A stretch of 63,790 bases of DNA, filler included, from Collodictyon triciliatum (lineage: Eukaryota): assembly GCA_043381765.1 (NCBI GenBank). It is 9 parts of 9 records of this genome, joined end to end, with 100 filler letters (N's around TTAATTAATTAA, not from the genome) between each part and the next. Parts side by side here need not be neighbours in the genome. Positions count along the whole stretch, not along the records: positions 25,371 to 30,313 come from JBHJMP010003466.1; positions 30,414 to 38,760 come from JBHJMP010003467.1; positions 38,861 to 45,203 come from JBHJMP010003469.1; 6 more parts are not named here. The stretch is one strand, 5' to 3'. Positions 26,981-39,071 of this stretch are shown one piece after another; within the stretch, counting starts at the first letter, position 1, and each line of letters begins with the position of its first letter. The notes beneath the pieces are model-generated. The model worked only from the letters and a program-made list of their open reading frames with translations, did not search any database and had not been told where the DNA came from. The translations under genes were made by a program, and so were the position numbers.

Positions 26981-29900
26981 GAAAGTAATCATATACGGAA
27001 ATATATTTTTTATGTATTAAAATAAAAGGGCACTGTAATACTTTCAACATATTTCGTTTTATCTGTTAATGGAATGTTGCAAAGGAAAATCAATTCATGA
27101 GAATGATATTTACATCTTGGCTATTTCTTCTTCATAAAATTCTGTCACTTGGTCATACTCAAGTTTAATTCTTGAGAGAATCGGCTTGTACATCGCAAAT
27201 TGATCGATAATAAAGCCTGCATGAGACCAAATATTTGAGATAAATAAAATATTAGTTAATTTTTGTAAAAAAAAAAATTAATAATTATATCATATTTACA
27301 CATTTAAGTAAAATGGTTTATTTCTGGCTATATCAAGTAAATTTTAGAAGATTCTTGGGTCAAGTAAAGGGAAAAAGAAAAAAAGAAAGGAAATTCTGGG
27401 GATGAGATGAAATAATAAATAGAACAAACTAAATGCATCTTTGAATACGAGAAATCTTGATTTTCTTGAATCTAATCCATCTCTAGGGAAATTTTTGAGA
27501 AGCGAGTCATATGAGAAATAAACCATGAATATATTAGGAAATCTTGCATCATATAAAGAAAAAATAAAATCGCATGCTTTTCGATCCCATCCAGTTCCTT
27601 GTTAATAAAAGCTTCAATTTCGAGTAAAATGCGAGGTTTGGAGCGATGCTCAGATAGCCCATCCTTGATATGTTAAGAATAGAAAATAGATTATATTCAT
27701 GCATTAGCCATTAATTATCTAAGCAGTCTGATTTTATTTTCTCCGGATTTTGATATTTTGAATTTAACATCGAATTCATATAATTGTGATCATATAAAAA
27801 GGGTAAAATATTTATGTTTGAGGATAGAAAATTTACTTCGGTGGGTATCGCCATGGAACCTTGAAATTTAATAGCATCACAGTCTCTGGTCATAATGAGC
27901 GGGATAGAATGAGTGTATTGATGACATATTTCTATTCTCTAGTATAGCACTAAGCATGCAATTGACTATATTTATACGTAGTTCTTGTGGAGCCCGGTGT
28001 ATTCGTGGGATTGATATGCTCGGTGGGTGAATGCTGATGATAATTCAATCGCCTGTGCCTTCCATACCGAGTTACAAATGAAAAAATTGAATAATTTAAA
28101 ATTGTCTTAAGAGACAAGAAACGATATGCAATATTAGGCCTTACTGCTCGACAGAGTATGGAACATTCTCCGCACTAATATATGTTAGTGTACGAGAGGA
28201 TGTCGCTGTTTGCTGTCTAAGTGTGTACAATAATTTCGAATACATGGTTACTACTCTTCTTTGCTTTCACTATGTACAAGACGAAATCTTTTGGTATTGG
28301 CTTACCTGATTGTATGAAAGTATATGTTTCATTCGAGGTTGACAGGATATTTTTTTTCCAACCTGGGTATGTATGACGGTTTGTCATCCTTTTGGTGTTC
28401 TTGATGTAACGTGAGTGTATGCATTGGGGAGGCGGGATGGTAGTTTTTCATAAGCTTATTTGTTCGAGGAGAGGGCTGGGTTTCAAATTGTGTGCATATT
28501 ATTCGTTAGTAAAAAAAAAATTATTAATTATCGATTAAACCTAGCAGCCGAATGTAAGAGATTCTAATTTATTAGATCATATGACAAATAAAATTGGAAA
28601 TATCATATTATTATATACATAGTATAATATTTGGAATTGTATTCAAAATAGAACGTGTGGGAGCATTTTGGCTGTGTTCGTCAATAATTATGTACATATA
28701 AATATAAATGGATATATACCTTATGGCTCCGAGTAGAGTGTAACCCAGAGTCATCTTTGTATTCTCTTGAAGATTTGAGATTTTTAGAATGCTCAATCGA
28801 TGTTTGATGAGTGTGTATTGAAGTTGAGCCCAACATATCCTTGGATAGCTAGTATCCACAATAAATCAGCCATTTGTGTGATAATTAGTTTGACTGTTTC
28901 TTTTCTTTTTTTTTCCCTTTAAAAAATTACAAAAGAATAAATTACTTTGGATAGGTTTAGGATAGGTACATGGCTCTCATCTTTTGCATCCATAAAATCC
29001 TAAAGTATATCGCAACAAACATAAGAACCATGGCTCATGAATTCGGCCATATTAGAAATGAAAATCATCAGTACACACATTAAGTATATGTATATGTGTA
29101 TGTGTATTTAAGAGTAGTAACTGACAAATTGCTTATGATGCTGTAAATCGAGAACATAATATCCCTATTTTTGATTGATTGATTGAATATGTTGTTTCCA
29201 AGATTCATTGATAGGATAAATATGTATATTTAACGGGGAAAGTATTGAAAAGGACCGTGCTTATATCCTCTGTCCGACTTGGATATTGTTTCCCATTGAA
29301 TAAAGGGTGGTTTGTTTCATTGTGTGAGCTATCAGTTTTTTTCCTTGGTGTATTTATGTTGGCTGACACCGGTGTGGCTCCGGTCTTTGCTGATATTGGT
29401 GGAAATGCTCCACCTCGATCTGATGGGACAGTGGTTGGGATAACAAGACGCAAAGTTTTTGGTGCCTTCACTTGACTGCGAGAAGGCTTGCTTTTTTGAT
29501 TCAGAATTTCTTGTATCTAAACAGAAACAAGAACCCATATATGAGTATGAATATGACAACGAAAGTGAATAAGTAAATTGGTATTATAATTTTAGATAAA
29601 TTAAGAAAATTATGTCTTGCTTTGTTTTATATATATATATATATTGGTTGATATTATATGAAATACTTTGTGGGGAAGATGCCCAAAATCTTGCATTTCT
29701 ATGTTATAATGTAAGAAAATGTTAAAAATTGAGGGATTCGAAATAACAAAAATATTTTAAATCCTTCCATTTAGAAAAATATGTATGGCTTATTACTACA
29801 ATAAAAATAAACCAGGCTATGTAATATACACTTATAATATCACTTAATCCAAAAAAAATTATAAAAAAAAAGGCATTGAATTTCGTTCCTCCAGTATTGC

Positions 29901-30190
29901 ACAATTATACCGATATTCTCCTCCGATTCATAAAAACCTGTTGGAGCAATTATATCTCCATCTCTGTGGTACACGTATTCGATCATTAAGTAATTTATAC
30001 CAGGAGTTTGTATATATTGGCACAGAGATGGTAGTTAAAAAAAAATCAAATAAATTTTCAGAATAATACCCCAGCATATTCCCGTCCATTTTTTTCCCAA
30101 AAGATCTTTATTTAGAAATATTAGTTTACTATGTTCCTTTTCCTCCTTACAAAAAGTACTGAATCAGCTTTTGATGGTCCTGAATCCCTG
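25552..30190 (-). CDS. TSNAXIP1: Second TSNAXIP1-like gene; N-terminal part, truncated at the contig end
   Basis: KPRILLEIEAFINKELDGIEKDGLDSRKSRFLVFKDAFSFIIDQFAMYKPILSRIKLEYD..KPIETRLQTI resembles TSNAXIP1_N (KPxFL..LE..L.KEL..F..F..YKPLLS.IK.EY). Upstream low-complexity exons and both ends are uncertain. Confidence 0.75.
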
Positions 30191-30219
30191 TGGATGGTGG
30201 GGTGTCATTACAATTAGAA

Positions 30220-30310
<91 letters not shown>

Positions 30311-30476
30311 ATANNNNNNNNNNNNNNNNNNNNNNNNNNNNNNNNNNNNNNNNNNNNTTAATTAATTAANNNNNNNNNNNNNNNNNNNNNNNNNNNNNNN
30401 NNNNNNNNNNNNNAAAAAAACAAACAAAAAAACAAAAAAACAAAAAAAAACAAGAAAAAAAAAAAACACAAAAAAA

Positions 30477-30532
<56 letters not shown>

Positions 30533-30973
30533 GAGTTCAAGCTCAGCGCGAAGTAAATGGCAGATGCTAAGCAAAAGCCACGGATAATAACACGAAAATG
30601 CGCGAATGTAACCGCGTAACAAACCAGTCGGACAAAAGCAAACTATTTCTCTGAGAGTGTGGCAAGTAATAGTTTGCCGGCCGGCGCAGTTTTGGAGGTC
30701 GCTTTGATGGGGTTTGGGTGCGAACGATAGGAGTAAAATAAAAGGGTAAAAGAGAAAGAAAAAAAAAACCCTGCGTGTCGGTATCACGAAAGAAATGACA
30801 GCCGGTGCGAAACAGCCACGACCGAAAAAGAACTGAATAAGACTTGCTAGTAGCAACACCCGAGAAGTAGCTGAAGTGCAACTGGGATTTACATGGAATA
30901 AGACCCGAAATAGAACACCCTTTATCATAATATAATATTTTTTATTTTCTTGTTTCCCTTACTTTACAAGGAA

Positions 30974-31046
30974 GCCCGTCTAGCTCAGTCGGTAGAGCGT
31001 GAGGCTCTTAACCTCACGGTCGTGGGTTCGAGCCCCACGGTGGGCG
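30974..31046 (+). tRNA. trnK-CTT: tRNA-Lys, anticodon CTT, intronless
   Basis: GCCCGTC/GGTGGGC acceptor stem, D-arm AGCTCAGTCGGTAGAGC, anticodon arm TGAGG-CTCTTAA-CCTCA, T-arm GTGGG-TTCGAGC-CCCAC, and a downstream T-run terminator. Confidence 0.97.
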
Positions 31047-31068
31047 ATTTGTTTTTACATCAACCTCC

Positions 31069-31213
31069 GAAGCTGTGGGACTCATTTTTTTTTTCCCTTT
31101 ATTCGATTCAAAGTGTAGCGAGGTTATGCCATACAAAGGGGCGGGATGGGAGCGCATGGGAGAGAGCAAACGCGAGTAGGGGGAGACACTACCGTGAAGC
31201 TGTGGGACTCATT
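31069..31213 (-). mobile_element. 5'-truncated retroposon (about 110 bp) with poly(A) and 18-bp TSD
   Basis: GAAGCTGTGGGACTCATT is duplicated at 31069-31086 and 31196-31213 around poly-T plus CCCTTTATTCGATTCAAAG...GAGAGCAAACGCGA. Confidence 0.85.
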
Positions 31214-31699
31214 AAAATTTTGCAGCCTTTTGCTTTGTTTATTGTTTTTTCCCCTTATAATCTGGAGGGCTGGTACACTCATCCCAGTTGGCTTTATTCC
31301 ACAGCTTTCTTTTTGGTGTGCGCAAATATTTCTATTGTGCCTGTGATTTCTCGGGTGGTAATTGTCGCTCTGCTTCTCGTCATTACAACGAGTTCTGCCA
31401 CGAGCCATACGACAAGAAATTTGATTTGGTATGCCGGATGAGATATCCGAAATACCAAAGGATTACCGAGGGGATAACCCTAATTGAATCAGGTGGGTGG
31501 TAGCGATTCGGCCAGACAGGTGATTCCATTTCAAAACTTTGGCTTTGTGAGCAAAAGGTGTTGAATATGTTGTGGGATATATCTTACTACACAGTATCAA
31601 ATCTCTCTTCGCTTGCGGTCAGATTGGCTATAAAAAAAATTGAAAGAAAATGTGTGAATGTCTACTAAATTAAACTGGATTCTGCAATTTTTCTTTATT

Positions 31700-34600
31700 C
31701 TACGCAGCCAGAATTTGTGTGGATGCCACTAAAAAATTCCATATGGCCGGTCGAAATCCTTTACACGGGCCATGTGTGACTTGTACGAAGGGTATCCTCC
31801 GAAAAATCTCATACTGCTCTCTACAAAATCGATAAAAGCACGTCAAATCTTTAAAAAGTAGCCATTTAGTCAAAAGTATAAACAACTAGGAAAATATATT
31901 TATGTGTATGTGATTGGAACGAAATGTACTTTGATAAACTGAAGATAACTGTATTTGTCTCTCCATTTGGATGAATACCGCCATATATGGCGGTCCCATT
32001 GATACAAAGTGATATGAGTTCATCACGTATGGTAAACCTCTCTGTGGATGACAGTGCAACCCTAGCTTTTGTCTGTTGCAAGACAACAGATATCTATGAA
32101 ACATTTTCTTTTGATTAAACACTCATATTCTAGTGTGCAAGCAAAGCCATAAATATCCTCTGGATGCAGATCTTTTAGAAAAAAGCAAAATAAGGAGAAA
32201 GACTGAGAGAAAATCTGCTCTGAATATGTACCGTATTTGATTGACCAACAATGTTCCGATTAGAGTACATTCCTGATTGATTTTGGCTGTCATTTTTATA
32301 TGAAGTATATTCGTATGAATATTGGTTGTATTTTCTTCCTGCTGAGGCAATAGTAGCAGTATTTTTCACAAATGAAATCCTACTGAGGTATATTTTTCCA
32401 ATAGGAGACCTATTTGATTTTATTGAAAATATCGTAAAAATTGTCTATTTAATAATTTTATTAAAAGATAGCCGATATATTTGGTACTTTTCATTATCAA
32501 TGAATTTTCTTAAAGTGCTTATAAATAAATATAATTTTCTCCAATATTAACCTATTGAAATTGAATCTGACTCCATAAAGGTTTTTAGTGTTGGTAGAAA
32601 ATGAGCTCAAGGGTATCATAACTGTTGTCAAGAATTCATGGATATTGTAAGGGCCGCCAACTGGACCATCCAGGTTCTTGTAAAAGGATTGCAAAAAGAT
32701 GCTCTTGCTCAACTTGTTGTTCGGTCCTAGAGTCACATATTCAAATCACAGTGTTTTTCGTAAATAATAATTTAAGGAAATCATTAAATACATCTGCACT
32801 TTGATGGTTAAAGTTTAATTGAAACAGTACATCAATCGTTATCCATATTCAAAGGTGGAAAATTTACACCAACCAAAATCCGTAGACTTACCAACGAGAC
32901 TTATTGAAAAATCTGTTGCTTGAGAGATGTTTGGGGATGGCTGACGCCCAATTCGCAGATTTAGAAAATTGTAAGATGATAAGTCTAGTCCAATATTTGC
33001 TGAAGGACTTTTGAAATTAATCTGAATAAACGGAACTCTGTTAGGACTAGATTGGCTCCAGCTGATAGCTGCTGCCTTTGTAACCAAGTCTGCCTCTGGC
33101 ACTTGGACGTGGTTGTATGAGTCAAGGAAATTGAACAAAAATGGGATATTATCTTGGCTGAATCCTCTGGCCCCAGTGAAATCCTTCGAAGCGAATTTCA
33201 ACAACAGATTAGCCAATTCAGGTATTATCAAAATTAATGTGCTCTTATCAAAAGGTAGATAAAAATTCCTTGAATTAGATTATGGAGATCATTAATTTTA
33301 GCTATTCATATCAAATGGACATTCTAACCTCTACAGATTGGTATATTGAGGGCGATACTGCAGGTACATAAGCTCGGTCAATTCTGGTTAGAGATGTCAG
33401 AGATTTTGGTAATGACCTTGTTACATCAAAAATGTTCATCGATGGTGCTGCAAGTCTTCTATTTTTACAAGGAATTATTAATTTCAAATCTTAAAATGAT
33501 GAATCAATACATCTCAAAAAATTTAAAAAAAATTGAGGCCTTTAACTCAAAATTATGTCATCGCTAAGCTATGAACTCACGTTCCAACATTTAGCAAAAA
33601 GAAATGCTTCATTAGGGTGGATCCTATCTTTGTTTGCTCAGGTGAAGGAGACGCTCTTTTAAACAGAGGCCGATTATTCTTGCATCCAGGTGAATCGGAT
33701 ATCTTAAACGCACAATCATGAAGGAAATGTGATTGTTGTACGTTTTATTCAAATTATTAGATTTTTGCACACATTTTCTTCATCTAATAGAATTAATTTT
33801 TTCAAATATTTATACCTGCCATTGAGTGTTGTAAAAATTATGGTTTGTGCCATATACCAAGAGGAGTGATTTTAAAGAAGGGACTTTTTCACCTAATACT
33901 AGCATTCTATCGAATGGCTTCATCTTTTTATTTTGAGGGAGAAATGCAAAACCTTTTTAAATATGATAGGTGGTATAAAATAGGATATATATTAATTGAT
34001 TGATTAATTATGCCTTTAAGTCAAATTATTTATTTATTTTTTATTTAAATATTTAATTTTTTTCTCACGCCCTCTAAATCATATACATCTCCATCGCACA
34101 TGGGAAGAATTTGAGCCCACGCAACATCTTGGGCATTCAAAGATATGCTTGTCTGTCCATCTACGGCTCCAATCTCAAAAAGCCCCTGTAATCGGTATTT
34201 TCTTTCATATTTGGCATTTCAGCGAGTTTTTAACTCTCATTTATGGTACTTGTTAAGAAAAAATTAAAAATTAAATCACATATTATGAAAATTGTCCCTT
34301 TTTAGTTTTTTATTTAACCTGAAAGTTAATGGTATCTAATATTGGTATCTGAGCCGATGGAATCAAATTTTTATAAAGATGCAAAGCTGCTCTTATTCCT
34401 TCTCCACCTCTGGAATGGCCCATCATCCCGACCTTTAAAATGAAAAGATTAGGGGAATTAATTATCTATCTTATATCTAAGGTTAAATTAAAACGGAATC
34501 ATACTAATAAAACAAATTAAATAATAAAAGTATACTGACCTGTTGAAAATTAACTCTATTACGAATGCTTCGGAGCACTGACTGAGATGGTGTGCCTATA

Positions 34601-35649
34601 GGATTACTGTGATTAATTTATTATTGTTTCCAGACTAATTATTTTTAAAAGAATTATACATAACCCACCAGCAAACATTCATCTGATATACAGCGAATAG
34701 ACCAAAGATAGGTTTAACTATTAATATTGTATCCTGTATCACGGACCATCTACCTTGTCGAATGATTCCTCTATTAGCGTCAGACCACAATTGTATATGG
34801 CGCAGAACTAGTCTTCCTCGAGCCAGGTTCAACCCGTAGTCATTGGAGCCCCCTGAATTGCATGTTATTCCTCTGTTGGCGTTTATGGAAACAACGATGT
34901 AACTAAAAAAAACGTCAATATGAGATAAGTTTTGAGAATTATACCCCAATGAGGGATTCACACATGAATGTTTAGTTTTAATCACTATTCTGATCGTGTT
35001 TATTATATTTATTATTAAAATGAGGGCAATAGGTCTGTTAATAATAAGAATTTTTTAAGCTTCAAAGGCTCTGCCTTTCTTGAAAGAATGGATGAATTCT
35101 CAAAGTGTGGTATTTTTCTTGATATACCCGAACGAAGTTAATTCTTGAGCAAAATAGTTATATCCCATATGATTCGGCACTACAATGTAGCCAGAGGGAC
35201 AGGAGCCCGTGTAAGTGTAATTGCACAAGTCATCAGTTCTTGGATTGGACCCTAAAATATGAGTAATAGGGTTGTTTGACTCTAAAATCAGTAATCGTCA
35301 CGGATTGTACCTATTACTCTATGTTTTTATTTGCTTTTCGTGTGCTTTATAGACCTCTGCCACACGTCGCGTGGTTCCCATGTAATAAGAAAATAATCGG
35401 ATAAGATTGTTGCGATACAGGACTTGTTATCGTATCTGGATACCAGAATTGGGCCCATAATTCTGTGCTAATTCCCGGTAAAACAAAGGCATCAACAGAA
35501 GCTGGGTATTTGTACGAAGATGTCATCGATTTAAAAATCCCTTTCTTTGAGTAGGTAGAGTTCAAGGGGCGAGCCAAGGCAACAAATTCATTTGGAAGGA
35601 GGACGAAAACCAATATGACCAACGAGATAACAACCGGCCTACGATTCAT
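31700..35649 (-). CDS. Secreted alpha/beta-hydrolase of bacterial type, multi-exon
   Basis: Signal peptide MNRRPVVISLVILVFVLLP; YPIIFLLHGNHATCGRG; GYIVVSINANRG; nucleophile elbow GMMGHSRGGEG; ILPMCDGDV; YGTNHNFYNTQW. Last exon ends ..TQILAA*. Confidence 0.85.
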
Positions 35650-38390
35650 CTCCTATACAAATTAGATTTGTCGAATGAGTGCAAAGTGCATCTTTAAGGA
35701 TAGGAGGGAAAGATGATAGTGTATGCAGAAATCAAATAAGTTATCCATTCGAAGCCAAATGGCTGATTGTTTCTCTCATCCAAATATCGAATAATATTCA
35801 CTAGCACCTAGTATCCAATGGAAGTGATGATGGTCAATTACTCTCATTTTGATTACATATTAGCACCGCGTTCCTAAAGCAACAACTTAGATCCGAAGAA
35901 AATTAGTAATATGGCGATGAAGAAGCACCACTCTGTATATAAGCATATTGTCCATGGACACTTTCGTTCATCTCATAGCTGAATGGCACAACGCATCAAG
36001 CAAGCGAGTTTTGGAAAGGACATCTAAACTCAGACAAAAACCAATTTTTTCCATCCACTTTCAAGACAGCAGCTTTCTATTGGTAAATGACAACAATTGG
36101 CAATAGCAGATACACTGAGCAAGGCCGAAACCATCTACCAAGTTCAAATTAGAAGAAATTATAATTAAAAAGATATCATAATGAAATAATCCTTGGAAGT
36201 TAAGGGGAAATATTGAAGCGGGTGACTCTTGCCATCTCGCTCTGGCTCCCTCAACAGGTGCTTTTTCTGCCCTCTCTCCTTTTATGGGGAAAGCATAGTC
36301 CAATAAAGGATATGTGATAAATGACAAATCCAGTATGAGTGAAAAATTACGCCCCATTGGGAGTGTATTAATGTCAAATAGACATTCGAAGCGAATTTTG
36401 AAAGAATGTCGACGTGGTGTGACGTGTGTTGCAATTTTGTTTCCAAGGAAAAGGAAACATGAAGGTTCAGACGGCAACCTGGTCGCTTGTCCATTCGCAG
36501 AAATTTCCTGGAAGACTAGGTTGTAGGAGCATTTGTGGAAAGGGTTCTAAGATTCTCTATTACAAGCGTACAAATATTTAATCCAATTTATATATTATCA
36601 TCATAATTTAATACAATAACATATTATTGTCTTATTTTAACAAATTATAGCCCATATATCATACTAAAAAATTGTTTATATATTTTCCATATTTATTCGG
36701 GAACTTTGCCATACCCGAAAACCCTTTTCTGGAGAATCTTGACTTTTCTTTGTTCGGAAATAGACCACACGAACCGTCTCAAATCGGAATGAAATTTGTC
36801 GATCTCGGTCCCTTTTAGGAATCGAGATTGTCTGTCCGCTATTCACTTCGTTCTCATTCCGAACAAATTTTCGGCCTCTGTCATTGCAAAAGAGGAAAAA
36901 TCGATGCGAGGGAAAAGATCGCCTGAAGAAATCGCAAATCCGTGGTTTTGTGCCTAAGGCCAGGGCTGAATTCCATTGATTTCTAGGATTCGAGCGTGTT
37001 GCGCTTGGTTGAGGTGGAAAAATAATGCAGAAGCGAAACAAATCCAAATAAGGAAAGAATCGGCGAATGGTAGGACGAAACTCAAAATACGTTTGAACCG
37101 AAGGCTTTTAGCAGTCGATTTCACCCAAGAGGAAGTCGCAAGTGACTTTGTTTCAGCGGTTCGATTTTTCGACTGGATTTTTTTTTTAATATGGGGATGG
37201 TTTGAAATAAAGGAGAAAATAAGGCGGATGCAGGATTTGGTTTTTGCTGAGATGGAAAGTGCGAAGGCTTGGGTCTTGAGACGGCAACCAGGAATCAGGA
37301 GCTGATCATTCGATGATTCGATGAGTTAATGATTTAATGATTTAATGATTTAATGATTTAATGATTTAATGATTTAATGATTTAACGATTTGATGGTTTG
37401 ATGACTTGATGGTTTGATGATTTCCCACAAAGAGAAAATTAGACACTTTCACATCTTCCTAATGCAGAACTTTACAAAGCGCTATTCATTTTTCGAGGAC
37501 TGTATCGATCCTTAGCGGCGATTCTGCGGTCTGGGTTGGATGTTACACCTGGTGTTTTCTTACGGGCGTTACAAAAAGCGCCGAACAACAAGCAAGAAAA
37601 CAGGTATATAGAAAAACCGATGCACCTAAGAAACGCATTCATTCTCCAACTCAACAGACAACACCGTTCTTCTACCACTTCACCACGCTTTGCCACCGTC
37701 CTTCCTGCCTTTTTTTTCCCTTATTTTTTTAACTAGCCCTTTACTTACGAAATCACGCTACCGTGTGTTTCTTCCTCTTGCCACGTCGTCAAAGAAAAAG
37801 AGCAGGAGGAGGAAAGAAGACAAGAAAGTTGCAGGCTTAACAATTAGAGCCAACCCATAATGCGCCTCCTTTGTTTTTCGTTTCATTTCGTTTCGTTTCT
37901 TTATCCCCTGCTTTCTTGCGTTTTCTTGTGCTTTCTTGCGCTTTCTTGTGCTTTCTTGCGCTTTCTTGTGCTTTCTTGTGTCCCATGTTGGCCCCACCCC
38001 ATCTGCGACCCATTCCCAACCACAAACAACATCGCAGAGGCAGAAATCGATGCATACCGTACCTCACTATTCCGCCACAAAAACCTGCCGTGAATGGGCG
38101 ATTATTCCCCAGGGTTGTACACCGACGCTCGGTTGTAAACTCTGGTTTTCTGATGAATGAGATATTTGACAGATGCGGTGTCAAATCATCCTCACTGCTG
38201 AGCCGCTCTTTCAACTCACAATAACTTTCATGCACTTATGAAGTTTTATCTTGGGCAGAAGTAGTGANNNNNNNNNNNNNNNNNNNNNNNNNNNNNNNNN
38301 NNNNNNNNNNNNNNNNNNNNNNNNNNNNNNNNNNNNNNNNNNNNNNNNNNNNNNNNNNNNNNNNNNNNAAAAAAAAAAAAAAAAAAAAAA

Positions 38391-38760
38391 ATGGCAGACG
38401 CATATGTTAATGTAAGCGGAAGTGAAGAAGACAGTCCCCCAAAGTCGAAACCAGTTGAAAGTCTAAAAGAAAAAATACAAAGAGTCACACCAGAAAAAAT
38501 TCAAGAGTTGCAAAAAGAAAGAGAAAAGTTGTCACCACAAGTCAAAGTAGTCAGCCCAACAAAAGTAAAAGATAAAAATGAATTATTCAACAGTTGGTTT
38601 AATAAGAATCTGAGAGGGCAATATTTTGAAGCACATCCGTCAATGGGTGTAGATTCTGGAACAACACTTATAGAAAATATTAAAACAATGAAAGCTTTAA
38701 ATTTTGGAAAGGGAGGTGAGTTTAATACTGCGGTGAGAGAATCCTTAATCGCATTTGCTA
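38391..38760 (+). CDS. Intronless orphan ORF, 3'-truncated
   Basis: 123 open codons after a poly-A leader (MADAYVNVSGSEEDSPPKSKP...). No recognisable domain. Confidence 0.5.
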
Positions 38761-39071
38761 NNNNNNNNNNNNNNNNNNNNNNNNNNNNNNNNNNNNNNNN
38801 NNNNTTAATTAATTAANNNNNNNNNNNNNNNNNNNNNNNNNNNNNNNNNNNNNNNNNNNNTTTGTTTTTTTTTTTGTTTTTTTTTTTTTTTTTTTTGTGG
38901 GGGGGGAGTTGTTGTCTTTGAGAATTTTTTTTTTTTTTTGTTTTCCCCCCCCCCCCCTGATTTTTGTGTGGATGCCTTTTTTTATGCCCCAGTTTTTTGT
39001 ATGTTTATTTATAAGCTGGTCACCAATTAGATGTCTTTCATCACATTAACCCTGCTTATACTTCAAATCAG

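Noticed and set aside
37328-37980. (ATGATTTA)n and (CTTTCTTGYG)n arrays as CRISPR-like repeats
   Set aside because: They are simple tandem repeats with no unique spacers and no cas genes.
36061-38267. Several 70-140 aa ORFs on both strands
   Set aside because: No recognisable domain and no consistent exon chain.
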